Below are positions 48,090-63,099 of a DNA stretch of 64,000 nucleotides, piece by piece; the first letter of the stretch is position 1, and each line of letters opens with the position of its first letter. The stretch is taken from NCBI RefSeq assembly GCF_009914755.1, contig NC_060926.1, one strand, 5' to 3'. The position numbers and the translations under genes were made by a program. The notes under the pieces are model-generated. The model was not told where the DNA came from. It ran no database searches and saw only the letters and a list, made by a program, of their open reading frames with translations. This DNA is from the human T2T-CHM13v2.0 reference genome, Homo sapiens.

Positions 48090-49260
48090 GCCCGCCTCGG
48101 CTAACGGTTTTGGGGCCCGTTTGCTTGGTGCGTCTGGAACTCCTCGGGCGGCGGGCGTCTCGCAGGAAAAACCGCGGCCCGTACTGCGCCGGGAGCAGAA
48201 GCGCTGGTGGCCCTCGTAGGTCCCGTGGGCTGCCTCCCCCTCCTGCAGACACTCGAGGAGCCATCCGGCCGCGTCTCTCGCCGCCCGGCCCCGCCACTAG
48301 GCTGCCGCCTCCGCCGCTGCACAGAGAAGGGCGAAGACCCGCCCCTGCAGGTGATTGACGGGCACTCTCCTCCAATGGTCAACGCGCTCGGCCCCGGCGG
48401 GCTGGGCAAGGGCCGCGGCTCGCGGAGGAATCTCTCTTGCCCTTTAGTCCCGGGCAAGGTGTTGCGGCCGGCGCCATTTTCTCGAGCCGCCTGTTTCGGG
48501 TGCCGCCATGTTGGTGAGGAGAAATCACCGTTACGGCCACTGTCCAAATCCCCGCGTCGCTGCACGCCGCCCGCCCGCTCCCACGCCACAGCCACCGGCG
48601 GCGAATAGAGACTAGAGCGGCAGCGCCGGCAGCGCGGGGCCGTTGCCCAGTGTTTGCAGTTAGAGCCCCATCTCTCTGGCGTGGTTGTTAATAGACTGGA
48701 AAGTCTGTGTCTGTGTCGCTCACTAGTAACCGTGAGTTTTTACCACTTCGTCACCTGTCGGCGGCGGCCGGGAGCAGGTTCCCGCAGGCGGCGCGGGGGG
48801 TCTTCCCCGCGCCCCGCCGCCGCCGGCCTCGCAGACCTGCCCTCCAGCCCCGCCCCGTTCTTGACCAAACATGACAGACTCTGAACATGCAGGGCACGAC
48901 AGGTCGGGAACCCTTCTTGTCTGTCTTTCTGTCGGATGAGAGGAGGGGTCTGGGGCGGCGGGAGCGGGCCGGGGCCGGGCGCCTCCTGCATGACCTAGAC
49001 GTCTCTGTGTGGCTCCGTCAGTTCCATGACGCGCACTCTTATGTAAACTGCTGGATCGCGGCCGCGGGGGAGGTCGGCCCGGCCGCGCCCGCCTCCCCGA
49101 GCCGGGGTCGCTGCTCGCCAGCGCCGGCCCCGCCCCCGGCCGGGCACGTGCGAGCCCCCCGCCCCCCGGGCGGGCTCCGTGTGCGCCGGGCGGCTCTCAG
49201 CGTCCCGGCTCGGTGCTGAGGTCCTGCTTCTGCCCGTCCAGGTGTCGGTGCTCCCGGCCA
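48090..49260. promoter_or_regulatory. CpG-island promoter / exon 1 region of ZC3H6
   Basis: High GC/CpG density; GC boxes, CCAAT at 48372-48376, YY1-type motifs CGCCATTTT (48472-48480) and GCCGCCATGTTG (48502-48513). Confidence 0.9.
48871..48902 (+). CDS. ZC3H6: ZC3H6 coding exon 1 (MTDSEHAGHD-R), 32 nt; remaining exons lie beyond the window
   Basis: aaacATGa start in the CpG island, donor AG|GTCGGG; peptide matches the recalled ZC3H6 N-terminus; expected neighbour of ZC3H8. Confidence 0.9.
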
Positions 49261-50757
49261 GATAGGACCAGCCAGGAATTTTCAGGAATGGGTGTTTTGA
49301 TATTTGACTGCTTCCCGAGAACCGAGAACACCTCTAAAAAAATAAACATTTGGTTTTCAGGGAAGTTTTAAGCAGCACCAAAAGGCCATCTGTTGTATAC
49401 AGTCTTATCCCTTGGAATTTGAGATGGCAAGTTTCAAGTTTAATATGTTAACACAAAATACTTAGGCTTTGCAGAAACTTAGTTTAGCACAGTTTTACCC
49501 TAACGTAAAAACTCCATGGATTATTCCGGCTAGCCCAATTTTCTAGATGGTGTGTATCACTTGAATATTGAGATTCTGATTTTTTATTTTTTGCTCTGTG
49601 CCTTAAGAGGCACATTCTTGTTTCCATTCGAGTTTGGGGACATTTACAAAGTATACTGTAGCATACTTAAATTTTGGTTATAATTCAAATTTTCATTCGT
49701 ATATATCTTTAATAATGCGAAAGGGGGGCTTTCATTCATTAAACTTACTGAAACAAAATCCATTGCATCTGATTCTTACTTAGAATATTAATTTGAAAAT
49801 CTAGAACCTCACAATTACTCCTTTGTGAATAGAAGTAATAAAAAATATACGTTTTACTATAGACTATATACATTGCTGAAGTTTTATCTGTAGTAATGTG
49901 ATCGGCTTGGTAAAGCATCCTAAACACGTTTTTTAAAACCCAGAAGCAAAAATCACAAACACTGCTGAAATTTGAAATATCTAAATACCTAGCAATCTTG
50001 AGAGGGATAAAAATGGTATTTCAACAACTTCAGTATTGTAATAATAAAAGTAGATTCCCAGAGGGCACGTCAATCAAAGTGTAAAAATTTTTGGAAAGTA
50101 AAATGCACTTTTAAAAATGATAAGCTTGCACTTGGCACATTTTTAATGATTTTTTTAACGTTATCTTTTGTATTAAAAAGGAAATTCTTAGAATGGGTTG
50201 ACTAATACCTTGCTCTTGAGGTATGGACAAACCAATGATGGGGTTTTGCTAATGGAGCCTAAAATCCTTTTTTTTTTTAATATGGAAGAATATCTGTTCC
50301 CCTCTCTTAGTGCACAAAGTAACTTCTATATATGGAGTTATGTATTGTACATCATGAAAAAACAATGCCATCAAATTCAAGTATCAAAATAATTTTGCTG
50401 GTAAGGAACTGTGATGACAGACCTTTTAAAGAATTTGAAATTTTAAAATACTGGTTTAGAGGTTAGAAAACTTTAAAGAATTATTTGTAAGATATGTTAA
50501 TAGGTTGGTAGTAGGAGCTAAAGATTAAGATTAGTCTATTTTATTTAAAATTCGGACTAAAAGTATTTTCTAGTGATTTCTGAAACAAAAAGGTTAGCTC
50601 CACTTTAACTTAGCCAATTGTTAAGTGGCATCATTGTGCTGAGATGAAGGAGATGGTTTTTTTTTTTCATGCTTTTTTTGTCAACCCACATGAAAAACAA
50701 AACAACTACATCAAAAACAAAGTGAACTAGAAGTCAGGAGAAATTCTACAAGATCAG

Positions 50758-51045
50758 ATCAATGGTTCTAAACCTTCCCTGGGGAACTTTTTTTCTTTAA
50801 AGTATTGGCGCTATTTCTGTTGGTCTGGACCTCAGCCTGGGTTTTAAGAGTTCTAAAAGCTCCCCAGGAAATTCTAATATGTGCCAAATTGAGAACCGCT
50901 ATACTCGATCAGTGTTTCCCAATGATAGTTAATCATCAGAATCACTTTGGGGAATAAATTTTTGTTCTGCCCAGAGCAACTGAATCAGAATCTCTAGGGT
51001 ATTTTTCATAGGCTCCCTGGGAAATTCTTAAGAAATTTGGGGAAA
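50758..51045. mobile_element. Two adjacent MER5-type hAT MITE fragments
   Basis: caatggttctaaacctt...agctccccagg..attctaat...ttgagaaccgct; actgaatcagaatctctaggg. Confidence 0.55.
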
Positions 51046-51185
51046 AAATGGACTAATCTGCGGGCTTCCAAAATACTGTATCTTTCCATATAATAGCTAT
51101 TTTATGCTGTTATAAAAGTTTCTGTGAATTAAGTGGAGAAAAATATATGAAACTTGGTATATGGAGCTAGGCTTTGTCTCAAGGA

Positions 51186-51510
<325 letters not shown>

Positions 51511-51679
51511 TAACATTTTCAAAAATTAAGGCATATTGTGTATGCAGGAAAAAAAATGAAGCCTATGATTTATATTTACAATTGCTTTGATTTTATACAA
51601 ATTAAAATATTACTGTTTATGAGAATGAGATTCTAAATGTAAATGGAATTCACAGAATGCATAATTTTTTTCTCGTTTA

Positions 51680-51796
51680 AAGAAATAGAGTCTCGCTATA
51701 TGCCTAGGCTGGTCTTGAACTCCTGGGCTCCAGCCATCCTCCCATTTCAGCCTCCCAGAGTGTTGGGATTACAGGCGTGAGCCACCACGCCTGGCC
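51680..51796 (-). mobile_element. FLAM / Alu monomer
   Basis: Single antisense monomer. Confidence 0.8.
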
Positions 51797-53299
51797 TTGT
51801 ACATGTTATATAGTGAACATTTTGCACAAGATTGTTTGCCAAATGAATAATTTAAAAAAAATCCATTTAGTGTACTTTCCTTTAAATATTTTCACACCTG
51901 GAGTTAAAACATTGTATTTTATAAGATGTTATTAATATAAAAATACTTCTAATTCTACTTGTGGCTATGTAGAATGTAGTAGAGGACTTTTGCATAAGCC
52001 CAGAGCCTAGTTTCTAAAGGTCTTTAGGGATTTAGGGAAATCAGAGGGAGGTATAATTCTGGTCTCTCGTCGTTCAGTTCTTTTTCATTCAGTTCTCTCA
52101 GGCACGACTCCAGCCGCTCAGTTTTATATTTCAACTGGATGTTGACCCAATTAAAACAATTCACAACTCCTGAAGACGAAATACTATGAGTCCCTGCTTT
52201 GGACACATCTGTAGTAGAGTAGGAAAAGATAAATATAACCCAAGTAATTGTTACAGAATTTTCTGAAATATACTAATGGTAAAAGGTTTTGTAGGGCTTG
52301 TACTGGGGAAAAAGATAATTTTTTAGCATGAACCTTTTAAGAGCTTGTGAGTCTCAAAGAGTCTTTAACTGATAGGTGATATGGATAATACTCCCCTTTG
52401 GGAGGAGGTTTATAATACATAAACAACCTCCCCACCCTTCCCTCGCAGCTTTCTGTCCTGTACTACAAGAACAACAAAACTCCAACTAGTCAGAATTGCA
52501 AGTGGTTTATGGCCCCCCATATAGATTGAAAACTTGCTAAGAGACTGCACTGGAGAACCTGAAAGGATGAGGATGGAAAAGATGATTATACTTTTCATTT
52601 GCAACAGGGCTTTCATTTGATTCTCACATTAATCCCATGTGGTAGTTAATTAAGGTAGCATTACAAGGTTCAGTGAATTGTCTGAGATCTCATAAATACA
52701 ACCTAGATAAGAACCCAGGTATTATTATTTTCAGTCTTGCAATATTATTTTCCTACTTGCAATATTATCTTCACTCTTCATTAAGTTTGCACAGCAAAGT
52801 AATGGAATAAGTTCTGGGCTTTAATCCTTGAGTAGTTTGGAATTGTAATGTGCTACATTTGAGAGAGAGCCCTTCATTTTGAATAAAACCTTGGTACTGA
52901 TCCTGATCTTCTAACTTGGGTTAATGCTCTTCCCCTTTTCATTATTTTTTTCATTTGTGAAATGAAGTAGTTGCACTAGATCATTTTCAATTTTCCTTCC
53001 CACTTAAATCAATTTTAATTAAAAAAATTGCAGATGCCTTTTCTCAGATTAGAGTACACTTTTTGCTCCACACAATATCTGGTTTGTAAATTAGTATGTT
53101 CCGTGGAGTAAATAACTTTCCTGACTAGCCATTAACTTACTTCTGATTCCTGAATCCACTAATTTAACTATTGTTGAAATTACTAAAGGAAATTTTTCTT
53201 TAGCAAATGTAAAACCTCGTATCAGGTCTCAGGTTTGATGTTGTAAAGCACTCTGACTCTCAGGAAGACTCTTTTTTTCCCCCAACCTCTCATAAACAA

Positions 53300-54480
53300 A
53301 TATTTCATTCATTATAAAATTTCATTCATTACATTTTCATTCCTCAGACTTAACAGTGTTTCGTCTCTGCTAAGTATAGTGTTAAGCACTGACAAAAGAA
53401 CTCTGGACACAACATCATGAACTTGCTCTCTGGGATCTTATAATCTAGTTGCAGAAACAGATTGGTAAATACATAGTATAGCACAAGTACTATAATGGAG
53501 GCCTGAACTGAGTGCTGTGGGGGTACACAGATGAAGGCTTCTGGGAGACATCATGGCATAACTAGACCTGGAGGATGAATAAAACTTTGGCCAAGTAAAT
53601 ACAGAGATACACGAAAAGCATGGATAAATGGCACAAGTAGGTTCAGGGATGATAAAAGTGTTAGTATGTGGAGAGTGTACAACTATTTTGGGGAATGGGG
53701 AAACGGATTAAATTTGGGGCCAGACCCTGAAGGATGTGGGGATCCCATCAAAGTCTTTTAAGCAGGAGAATGATCAGATGCATTTTTTGGTATACTACCT
53801 GGGGGATAGGAGGAAATGGACTACAGAAGGGGAGATCAGTAGAAGGAAGACAAGTTAGGAAGCTTTTCAGTCATTTTCATTAAACATGAAGCTTAATATG
53901 TATTGTTCTAGGATCAGGAATACAGCAATAAAGAAAAAACTTGGTGTAATGAAACATATTTTCTTGGGAGAGACAGAAAATAAACATGAAAAACAGATGT
54001 GTTCAATGGTGATAAAGCAGAAAGGGAGATGGGGAGTCAAGTGGATGTGGGGAGGGTGTTTAGGGAAGCACTTATGAAAGAGTAACATTTGAGCAAAGAG
54101 CCCTGATACAAGACAACAATTCAGACCCAAGACATTTGAGGAAAGAGCATCCATATAAAGGGAGTGGGAGGTAGAGAAAGCCTGGACCAGGAATGAGCCT
54201 GGTATGATTGAGGAAAACACAAGGGATTTCACTCTTGAGTGACCTGGGAGCTAATGGGGGATTAAACAGAGGAGGGACAGGATCCTCTATGGTATATGGT
54301 AAGTGAGTAGTATGGTAAATGAGGTAAATGAATAGTAAAAGGAACTGCTGTGGTAATTTAGGTAACAGATGATGATGGTTTAGGTGAAAATGGTTGGATT
54401 GTGGATATGGTTTGATTGGTTTTAGAACCAATAGGATTTACTGGTGGCTGGATGTGGACAATGAGAGAATAGAATGAACC
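53300..54480 (-). mobile_element. L2 fragments
   Basis: ttcattcatt ends and GA-rich antisense L2 body. Confidence 0.55.
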
Positions 54481-55279
54481 AAAGCTATTGTAAACGTCTA
54501 GAAATCAGATGAGGACTTGACCAAAGGCATTGGCAATGAGAAAGTAGGCACAATTCATGAGGTATTTCTTAGCATTGATAGAGTTGGATATAAATATCTG
54601 GAATTTTTAGCTGATTGAAATGTTAGTTGAAATGAATGATACCACTCAAGGTATGTGTGTCAAGAGGTATGGAGAAGAGCACAGAAGTTTTTGGAAACCA
54701 AGGGAGGAGAAAAGAAGGGATAGTCACAGAGCAGTAAAGAAAAATAAAGGTTAAAAATAGGTCACAGGATGTACATTATCCTAAGTTAAAATATTTTAAG
54801 GTTTGAATGAAAGGGTGCTGCAGGGTTTGCAAACTGGTGGGCTTCAGGCCTAAAATCTGCCTATACTGTTGTTTTTGCCTGACAGAATATCTTAAAATAT
54901 CTGTATTTGAAAGCATTTAAGGCTTGACTTGTGCTCTACACTCCACAGTCTTATCATTCATAGTTTCTTGGCAAACTCACCACTCAAGGTGTGCCTCACT
55001 TATTTAGGAGATCTGCCTCACTAGGGTAGACATTTTAGGTTTATGACTCTTAAGTTTTCACCTGGACAGATTGGCTACCAAAAAGAACCTCACAGGTGGG
55101 TGACCTTGAATTCACCAGGTCATGCCATCAGTTCAGAGCGGCCGGAGAACTCTGTTCTCTTGTGCATTGATGCCCCCGGAGTTGTGAAACACAGTGGCCC
55201 TGCTTTAGTTTTTTTAGATTTAGAAACTGATCAGTGTCAGAGCGATCAGACACAGGAATGTTAATTCATGTTCAAAAAT

Positions 55280-55505
55280 AATAACCAGGCTAGCATTTGT
55301 TTAGCACTTGCTATGTGACAGGTACTGTTTTAAGTGCTTTACATGAATTGTTTAATCCTCACAACAACCCTGGGAAATAGGTCCTATTATTAGGCACCCT
55401 TTCTACAGATGAGGAAACAGACAACAGATTGGTAAGTTTCCCAAGATCACAAAGTAAGTCAGTGGGAACTCAAAGTAACCTGACTCCAGAGCCCACTCTC
55501 TTATC
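55280..55505 (-). mobile_element. MIR
   Basis: tttaatcctcacaacaaccct...acagatgaggaaacaga. Confidence 0.75.
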
Positions 55506-58230
55506 TAAGCATATACATTCCCATCACAAGAGAACGCCAGTTTATTCAAGTAAAATAAGGACTAGAAATTTACATCAAGAAATATATTCTTTCAATGTAG
55601 AATGCTGAATGGAAAACCAAATTTCAATAGTTGCCTACTGAACAAGATCATGAGATAACAACAAGGGAGTTGATTATAAATGACTAGAAGTTTTAAATGG
55701 CATCGGCGCTGATAAAGTGATAATCTCAGCTCCATGATATACTTGTCAAGCAGTTACTTACATCAATCTGCCTTCTAGGATATCCTTTCTCCTGGTTGAT
55801 GCTTATATGATAGTGTTTTGTACCTTTCCTTTTTCACTGCTTCCATTGCTGACCAAACTACTCACCTCCATATTTCTGGTAGATATATTTTTTCTCATTG
55901 CATGTTAGTATCTTAAATTTAGTCCTATCTTTTGCTTGATCCTCTGGGCTTGACTTCCTAATCTATGTTCTGGTTTATGTTTTAGTTTGACAGTTGAGCT
56001 TTCTGAGGACATTCTTATTCCCAGTATCTTTTTTTGGGTGGTTGGGTTCTGGGAGGTGGTATTTGACTGCTGCTGATGTGTACCAACCAAGACAGTAGTC
56101 ATTAAGTGACTAACAATAATGATTTCAGCAGATTATTATTACTCTTGGCAAAAAGCAAGCTTTCTCTATTATAAATGATTTTATATTTGTTTTGTTTTTC
56201 TTTATTTGTAATTTGAGTTCTAGCTTAACATTAATACTTCAGATAACTGTTAATACACTTTCATAAATCATACCCACATTCTTGAATGGCAAATAAATAA
56301 ATAATCAAGTTCCGAGTAGTTTCTAAAGAGAGTAAACATTAAAAGTAAACATAAAACTACATAAAAATCAATCACAGTCTATTTATAAAGTTGGTATGAA
56401 AACAAAGATCCTAGATTTGGAACACTCATGATACTCAATATTTTACATATATCAGAGTTTGTAATTTCCATAACTTCATTTGGTAGTTAGACATATAGAC
56501 AGAGAAGATATTAATATATTCATTTTATAGTTTAGGAAACAGACTTGGAAGGGCAAATAACTTGTCTAAGATGACTAAGCAGCTGAGTGAGAACCACAGC
56601 CTATCTGTGGCATTCAGTCTCAGCCATCTTTCCCTTGCTTCATAAGGATCGTTACTCTGGTATCAGTTGCTGGACTGGGATTTTGGGCATTTATAAATGT
56701 TTTTATTTTGGATATCACTGAATCACAGACAATTTCATCTTAGTTAAAAATTCATCTGACGTGACACTTGTCTAAATCTTAAAATATTAAATTTTAATGT
56801 ATAAGGATGTTAATAATCTTTATATTTTAAGAGACTATGAAGTCAAGTCTGGCTAACTTAGATCTGGAAGTTTTTAGCTGTGGAAAGCAATTCTATTGTG
56901 TACAGGTTTCAGCCTGTGAAGGGAATTCATTGAAAATGCATAGAGATCAGAAGAACTAACACCTTTCTTGCATGGATTTTTCTTGATTATTGGCAGTTAA
57001 CAATAAAATGTTATTAGATCACTGGTGCTTCTGTGTGGGGTTGAGTTTTTTATGATATCTCCTGTTAGACCCATAAGGGAGGCTGTGAGTTGTTTTCTAC
57101 ATCCTTGGACTATATAAGATCCTCTTTTAAAATTATATTTTATATAAGCACATGAAAATGGAATGAAATAATGAGTTGACATAGGAATTACCTACATATT
57201 TTGGCTGTACATTTAGTGCACAAAATATCCCTTTTTTGAATGCCAAATGGCCAAGTGTGAAAACCAATATTTGTTAAAGCTGGAGCAGAAGTCGGTATCA
57301 TCATCATAGAGTAAACTTCTGGCATATGTGAAGATATGAAATGTTATCCCTGAAGTTATTATAATTTATTCTCAGAAATATTAGTAATCTTATTTTAAGA
57401 GTAGGACATTATAGTGCAGTAATGATAATTTTCTCAGTGCTGCCTGTTGCTAGATTGTTCCTATGATTGCTGTCATGCACATACAGACACTAAATTGAGG
57501 GTCACTTTCCACTGAAGTTAGTGGAATACAAAATAGGTGGAGGAACTTTCTTCCTCTAACGTCTTTATATGTGTCTGTGTTTATATGTGTGTGTATACAA
57601 ATATGTATACACATACATAATATCTGGAGCAAAAATGATTATGTTGTACAGAACTTTTGGAGGTTTTCCTCCTTATAAAATTCTGAAGTGGTAGAGTTAA
57701 CATTCTGCTTTTAATTTATCTCCAAAAAAATGTGAAGAATTCCCAAATAAGATTTTCTCATAGAAGATTCATGGATTTTGAGTCTGAGAAAAAAAAGGAA
57801 GAAAAAAAATTCATGGTATAAAATAACTAAAAATTAAATATAGTCTTTAGAAATGATTTTGTTTAGTATAATTAATACTGGTATGACAACTGAATGCAAT
57901 TGAAATTATGATATAAAATTTCTATTCTGCTTTGTATTTTTCGTTAAAGTTTTTATAATTGTCATCTGAAAAAGGATTTAATATTCTTCTTAAATTCATT
58001 AGCTAACTCTCTCAATATTATTACACTATTATTTGCCTATTTGAAAATTGTTACTTTCTTTCGTACATAAATAGCATTCATAATCATTGTGACATTTTCT
58101 TCTTGCATTAATGTACATTTATACTTCATCTAATTGAGAAAATTTTAACATACAAAGTGACACAAAAAGATTTTCATTCCAAGTTTTATGTAAAACACCT
58201 CAAATTGGAAAATGAATATTCAGATACTGA

Positions 58231-59318
<1,088 letters not shown>

Positions 59319-59323
59319 CTCAC

Positions 59324-59610
59324 TTTTTTTTGGAAACAAGGTTGGCTCTGTCTTCCAGACTGGAGTGCAGTGGCGCAATCTCGGCGCACTGCAACCTCCG
59401 CCTCCCGAGTTCGGGCGATTGTCCTGCCTCAGCCTCCCAAGTAGCTGGGACTATGGGCGCACAACACCACGCCCAGCTAAATTTTGCATTTTTGGTAGAG
59501 ACGGGGTTTTGCCATGTTGCCCAGGCTAGTCTTGAGCCTCCTGGGCTCAAGTGATCTGCCCGCTTTGGCCTTCCAAAGTGCTGGGCTCATAGGCATGACA
59601 CTGTGCCTGG
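59324..59610 (-). mobile_element. Alu (J-like)
   Basis: Antisense Alu abutting the pseudogene 5' end. Confidence 0.92.
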
Positions 59611-60432
59611 ACAGATTTTTGTTATACTGTTTAGATATGATGGTAACTGAATGATCATGCAATCTCTGACCATGTGACATTCAGGGATACCAAAAATGAC
59701 TTGAGATGGGCCAAGGGAGAATTGGAGAAGCATACTTTGGCTGAATACTTAGGCCAAAGTATAATTTGGAACATTTCTTTTAAAAAATCTACTCCCCTAT
59801 GCCCCCCACTTGCAGTACCTTACAATTACAGTTAATCTAGTAGCAGATACTGGATTGGGATATTAGGTATTTACAGACCAAATGCCCATTGGGATATTAC
59901 TAGGTAACAGGCAGTTTCACTCTGGTTCATTGTAGATTCATCCAGTAAGCATTTCTAGAGAACTGCTATATGAAAATATTGTGGAAAGTATCAACTTTTT
60001 AAACTTTTGATGTCATGGCACCTAGAAGATTATTTTCTGATACTCATATTCTAAGGGAATTTTGTTTTCTGAGATTTGTTTCTGTGGAATTTCTAGTTCC
60101 CCAGTCTGCACTGAAAGCCTAAATCAAGAGGATAATTTGAAAGGTAATGAAAGTAAATCAATTCTAGCTTAGATACCCAAGAGAGTAAATGAAATATAAA
60201 AATAATAACTTTTAAAATGTCTCAAAAAAAAGCTATGGCAAGCTAATTCAGTTTGACTTATTCATGCAATAGTCTGTCTCTGCTTATGACATAAAGTATA
60301 ATATATTTTAGGAATAGTGTGGTTTTCTTCATGATGTCAAACATACAAGCTTATGGATATATTTAAAAATTCTTAATTTTCTAGATTAATGTTCAGCACT
60401 ACTTCCATCTTGCATTGGATGGGGGCAGATAA

Positions 60433-60777
<345 letters not shown>

Positions 60778-61284
60778 GTTGGAAACATTTTGAAGGAACT
60801 CTTTGTAAATAAAATACATGGCATGCCTTTCTGTTTTACTATACAGTTGCTGATTTATCCTTTAGTTGGTTACTTTGAATCATCATTAACATCTGTTGTC
60901 ACCATAATCCCTGTGATCACTAGATGTCATACTCCATTTTATGTTTTATTGTTGCCTTGGGGAGACTTTGAGAGTATGAGAGGTGTTCATGCAGACTGCT
61001 GCTGAGTGTTGCATAGAGATGGAATAAAGTACAAATACCTTCAGGAACAGACTCCAAACTTGGTCTATTCCAGCTTCCTTTCATTTTTTTTTTTTAAACC
61101 TATTCCAGATAATTTTTCATTGGTATTCTCTGAAGGAAAATAAGAGAAATTTCCTCTTAGAATCCCTTCTCCTTGGATTTGTAACCTTTCCCAGTTCATT
61201 TCTGTGGAAGTACTTGTAGTCCAGCATAGTAATTCTATTCAGATATGTATAGTTCAGTTAAGTCACGAAGGGAAAGGAAGCTTT

Positions 61285-61510
61285 CGTTGAGGGCTATCTA
61301 CTAGGTGGTACAGTGCTAGGTAATTAACTTTATCTCAATCCTTAAACAACTCTGCAGTGGTAAGGGTGATTAATTCATCCCATTTTGTAGACAAGGAAAC
61401 TGAATGTTAGAGGGATGGCATAATTTGTTCATGTTCATATAGGTAGTACTTTGGGAAGCAGAATTTGAACACAGATCTTTCTGGTTCTAGAGCTTTGTGT
61501 TCTTCTACCT
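61285..61510 (-). mobile_element. MIR
   Basis: cccattttgtagacaaggaaactga core. Confidence 0.65.
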
Positions 61511-61920
61511 TGCTATGATGTTAAGTAATTAGTTTTAACATGCCACTTAAGTTTAAAGCCTTAAGTAGTCCTTTTAAGAAATCTTTTGTTGCTGGTTATT
61601 CTCATTTAACACTCCTATTTTAATTTCCAGGTTCAGGTGACCTCACTTTGCCAGAACCGTGGGTCTTCATGAAATAAGAGATTTCATTTGGTTTTTGTTT
61701 TGGTTTGCATCCTCTCTAACTTTAGGTAGAAATTGCTGTTAGGGCAATCACCTACCTCACTATATTCCACTCTCTCTTCTGGATATTGGTGCTCAGCCCT
61801 TTTTTGAACCGCAAACCTTATTAATAAAATAGTTTTCATTCTTTGAGCGTTCCTCTTCTCACTGCCCACCCCCCCGCCACCACCACCCTACTGACTTTGA
61901 TGAGCTGAACTGAACCACTC

Positions 61921-62175
61921 TTTTTTTTCTTTTTTTTCTTTTTTTTTTTTGAGACAGAATCCCGCCCTGTTGCCCAGGCTGGAGTGCAGTGGCACAATAT
62001 CGGCTCACTGCAACCTCTACCTCCCAGATTCAAGCGATTTCTGGCTAATTTTTGTAGTTTTAGTAGAGACGGGGTTTCACCATGTTGGCCAGGCTGGTCT
62101 CGAACTCAAGTGATCTGCCCACCTCAGCCTCCCAAAGTGCTAGGGTTACAGGCATGAGCCACCCGTGCCAGGCCC
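61921..62175 (-). mobile_element. Alu with internal deletions
   Basis: Antisense Alu. Confidence 0.92.
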
Positions 62176-62182
62176 TGAACAC

Positions 62183-62498
62183 TTTTTTTTTCTTTTTCTT
62201 TTTTTTTTTTTTTTTGAGATGGAGTCTCTTGTTCTTGTCGCCCAGGCTGGAGTGCAGTGGCGCGATCTTGGCTCACTACAAGCTCCGCCTCCTGGTTTCA
62301 TGCCATTCTCCTGCCTCAGCTTCCCAAGTAGCTGGGATTACAGGCGCCCGCAACCACGCCCAGCTGATTTATTGTATTTTTTAGTAGAGACGGGGTTTCA
62401 CCGTGTTAGCCAGGCTGGTCTCGATCTCCTGACCTTGTGATCCGCCTGCCTCGGCCTCCCAAAGTGCTGGGATTACAGGCGTGAGCCACCGCGCCGGC
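62183..62498 (-). mobile_element. AluY-like
   Basis: Antisense Alu in tandem with the previous one. Confidence 0.93.
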
Positions 62499-62606
62499 CC
62501 TGAACCACTCTTCATCAACTTATCTGGGACCCTGAAATGAAATAGGGTGACCCATTTTCTAGCTTTATATGATTTTCTGGCTTCATATGATTTAAATATT
62601 TTTACC

Positions 62607-62910
62607 GTTTTTTGTTTGTTTTGTTTTGTTTTTGAGACAGGGTCTCTGTCACCCAGGCTGAAATACAATGGCCCAATGACAGCTTACTCTAGCCTCGACC
62701 TCCCAGGCTCAGGTGATTCTACCACCCCAGCCTCCAGAGTGGCTGGAGCCACAGCCACGCACCTAACACCTGGTTCATTTTTGTATTTTTTTATAGAGAC
62801 GGGGTTTTACCGTGTTGCCCAGGCTGGTCTCACACTCCTGGGCTTGACCAGTTCACCCTCCTTGGCCTTCCAAAGTGCTGGGATTATAGGCATGAACCAC
62901 CGTGCCCAGC
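62607..62910 (-). mobile_element. Alu (J)
   Basis: Diverged antisense Alu. Confidence 0.9.
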
Positions 62911-63099
62911 TTTTGAAAAACCTGTACAATAAAAAGTTTGGACTAATGTTCTTTGAGCCCTTAAAAAAATGCTATTCAATTAAAAAAAAAACAAACCTAT
63001 AGTGTCTTATAACTCCAAATCCCATACTGTCACCCAACTGGTCTGCCCTGGTGACCACCATTTCCTGACAAACATTCAAATCACTCCTGAGGAATTGAA

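Noticed and set aside
47962-49219. Overlapping 76-164 aa ORFs on both strands of the ZC3H6 CpG island
   Set aside because: Low-complexity R/P/G/A sequence from GC content; the real CDS exits by splicing at 48902.
61600-61730. Acceptor-like tttaatttccag as ZC3H6 exon 2
   Set aside because: No continuation matching the expected acidic EDGELEDGE peptide; exon 2 must lie beyond the window.
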